A DNA stretch of 63,687 bases, counting the filler, from Octopus bimaculoides (lineage: Eukaryota): assembly GCF_001194135.2 (NCBI RefSeq). It is 6 parts of 6 records of this genome, joined end to end, with 100 filler letters (N's around TTAATTAATTAA, not from the genome) between each part and the next. Parts side by side here need not be neighbours in the genome. Positions count along the whole stretch, not along the records: positions 62,158 to 63,687 come from NC_068982.1; 5 more parts are not named here. The stretch is one strand, 5' to 3'. Below, piece after piece: positions 62,904 to 63,687 of this stretch. The position numbers were made by a program, and so were the translations under genes. Position 1 is the stretch's first letter, and every line of letters begins with the position of its first letter. Under the pieces are notes generated by a model, which saw only the letters and a program-made list of their open reading frames with translations, was not told where the DNA came from and did no database searches.

Positions 62904-63687
62904 AATCTTGCATGCATGAAGTGGATTCGATCCACTATAGCTAAATTTAAATCAACACTGCAACAGAACTTTTCTCACGGTGGAACAATAGTTTTTCTCT
63001 GACAGCAGTTTAATATTTTCCAGATGCCTTTAGCTAGGCCGAAACGATGTCTTCACCACTTGACCCTTTCTAACCCCTCCTACATCACCAAAATCTAGAA
63101 TACAGATAACAAGACCACTAACAAAATCTATTGTTCTCAGTAATATATCTATCCTTCTAGATAGTTATAAAAGCAAGGAAACCCCAAGCAAAATTTAGTT
63201 TAGTCACCAGTCGGTGACGACTCAACGAGTTGTCACGGTGTGACAACTCTGACAACGAAGTCTGGCTGACTAGCTAGAACCTCGACCAGAGGGAGAAAGA
63301 AGGTTACAGCCATCCCACTATGAGACACAACCTCCCTCGACTCTATAACTATCACTAGCTCATTTCCTTTTCTCTGTAACATACCATCTCTCTCTCTCTA
63401 TATATATACTACTGTGAGAACGTGTACACATATACAGGCCAAAATTAACTTTCTTCACCTTGCATGCTTTACGAACTGTGTTATACTCTTACACTAACCT
63501 ACCCGTCGTGGTATGGCATTTATTAAAGTAACGGTAAATAAATATTTCTTTACAACTTCGATCACTGTTCATCGTTCATCTTATAACCTGTTACAATCGG
63601 TAACTTCACAACCACAACCGTTACAATTGGTAACCACACAAAATTATCATCGCTACAACCAAAAACATTTACCGTTACATATATATA

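Overview
Eukaryotic, AT-rich draft-assembly DNA, dense in repeats and microsatellites, with many N-gaps. The SINE families and (TA/CA/GTAT)n load point to an octopod cephalopod genome (inference; no search run). Almost all ORF-track calls are microsatellite or gap artefacts. Manual splice-aware reading finds one plausible host gene on the + strand: a very divergent ionotropic glutamate receptor/IR-like gene. It has small exons encoding an ANF-receptor-type amino-terminal domain (~34.7-49.5 kb) and the S1 half of the ligand-binding domain (58.5-60.3 kb), and perhaps a first exon near 12.5 kb. The S1 and 36.6/38.7 kb exons are the best supported; the others are tentative. The introns and flanks contain several tRNA-derived SINE families (one a TSD-flanked trimer), three mariner relics plus a mariner-type MITE pair, and a piggyBac relic. 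They also hold CR1-, R4-, HERO- and RTE-type LINE fragments, and Penelope-like elements (RT + GIY-YIG). At least four minimal hammerhead-ribozyme-like motifs were found, three with palindromic or near-palindromic stem III, and two short near-perfect inverted repeats lie next to such motifs. No rRNA, CRISPR or bona fide tRNA genes are seen.
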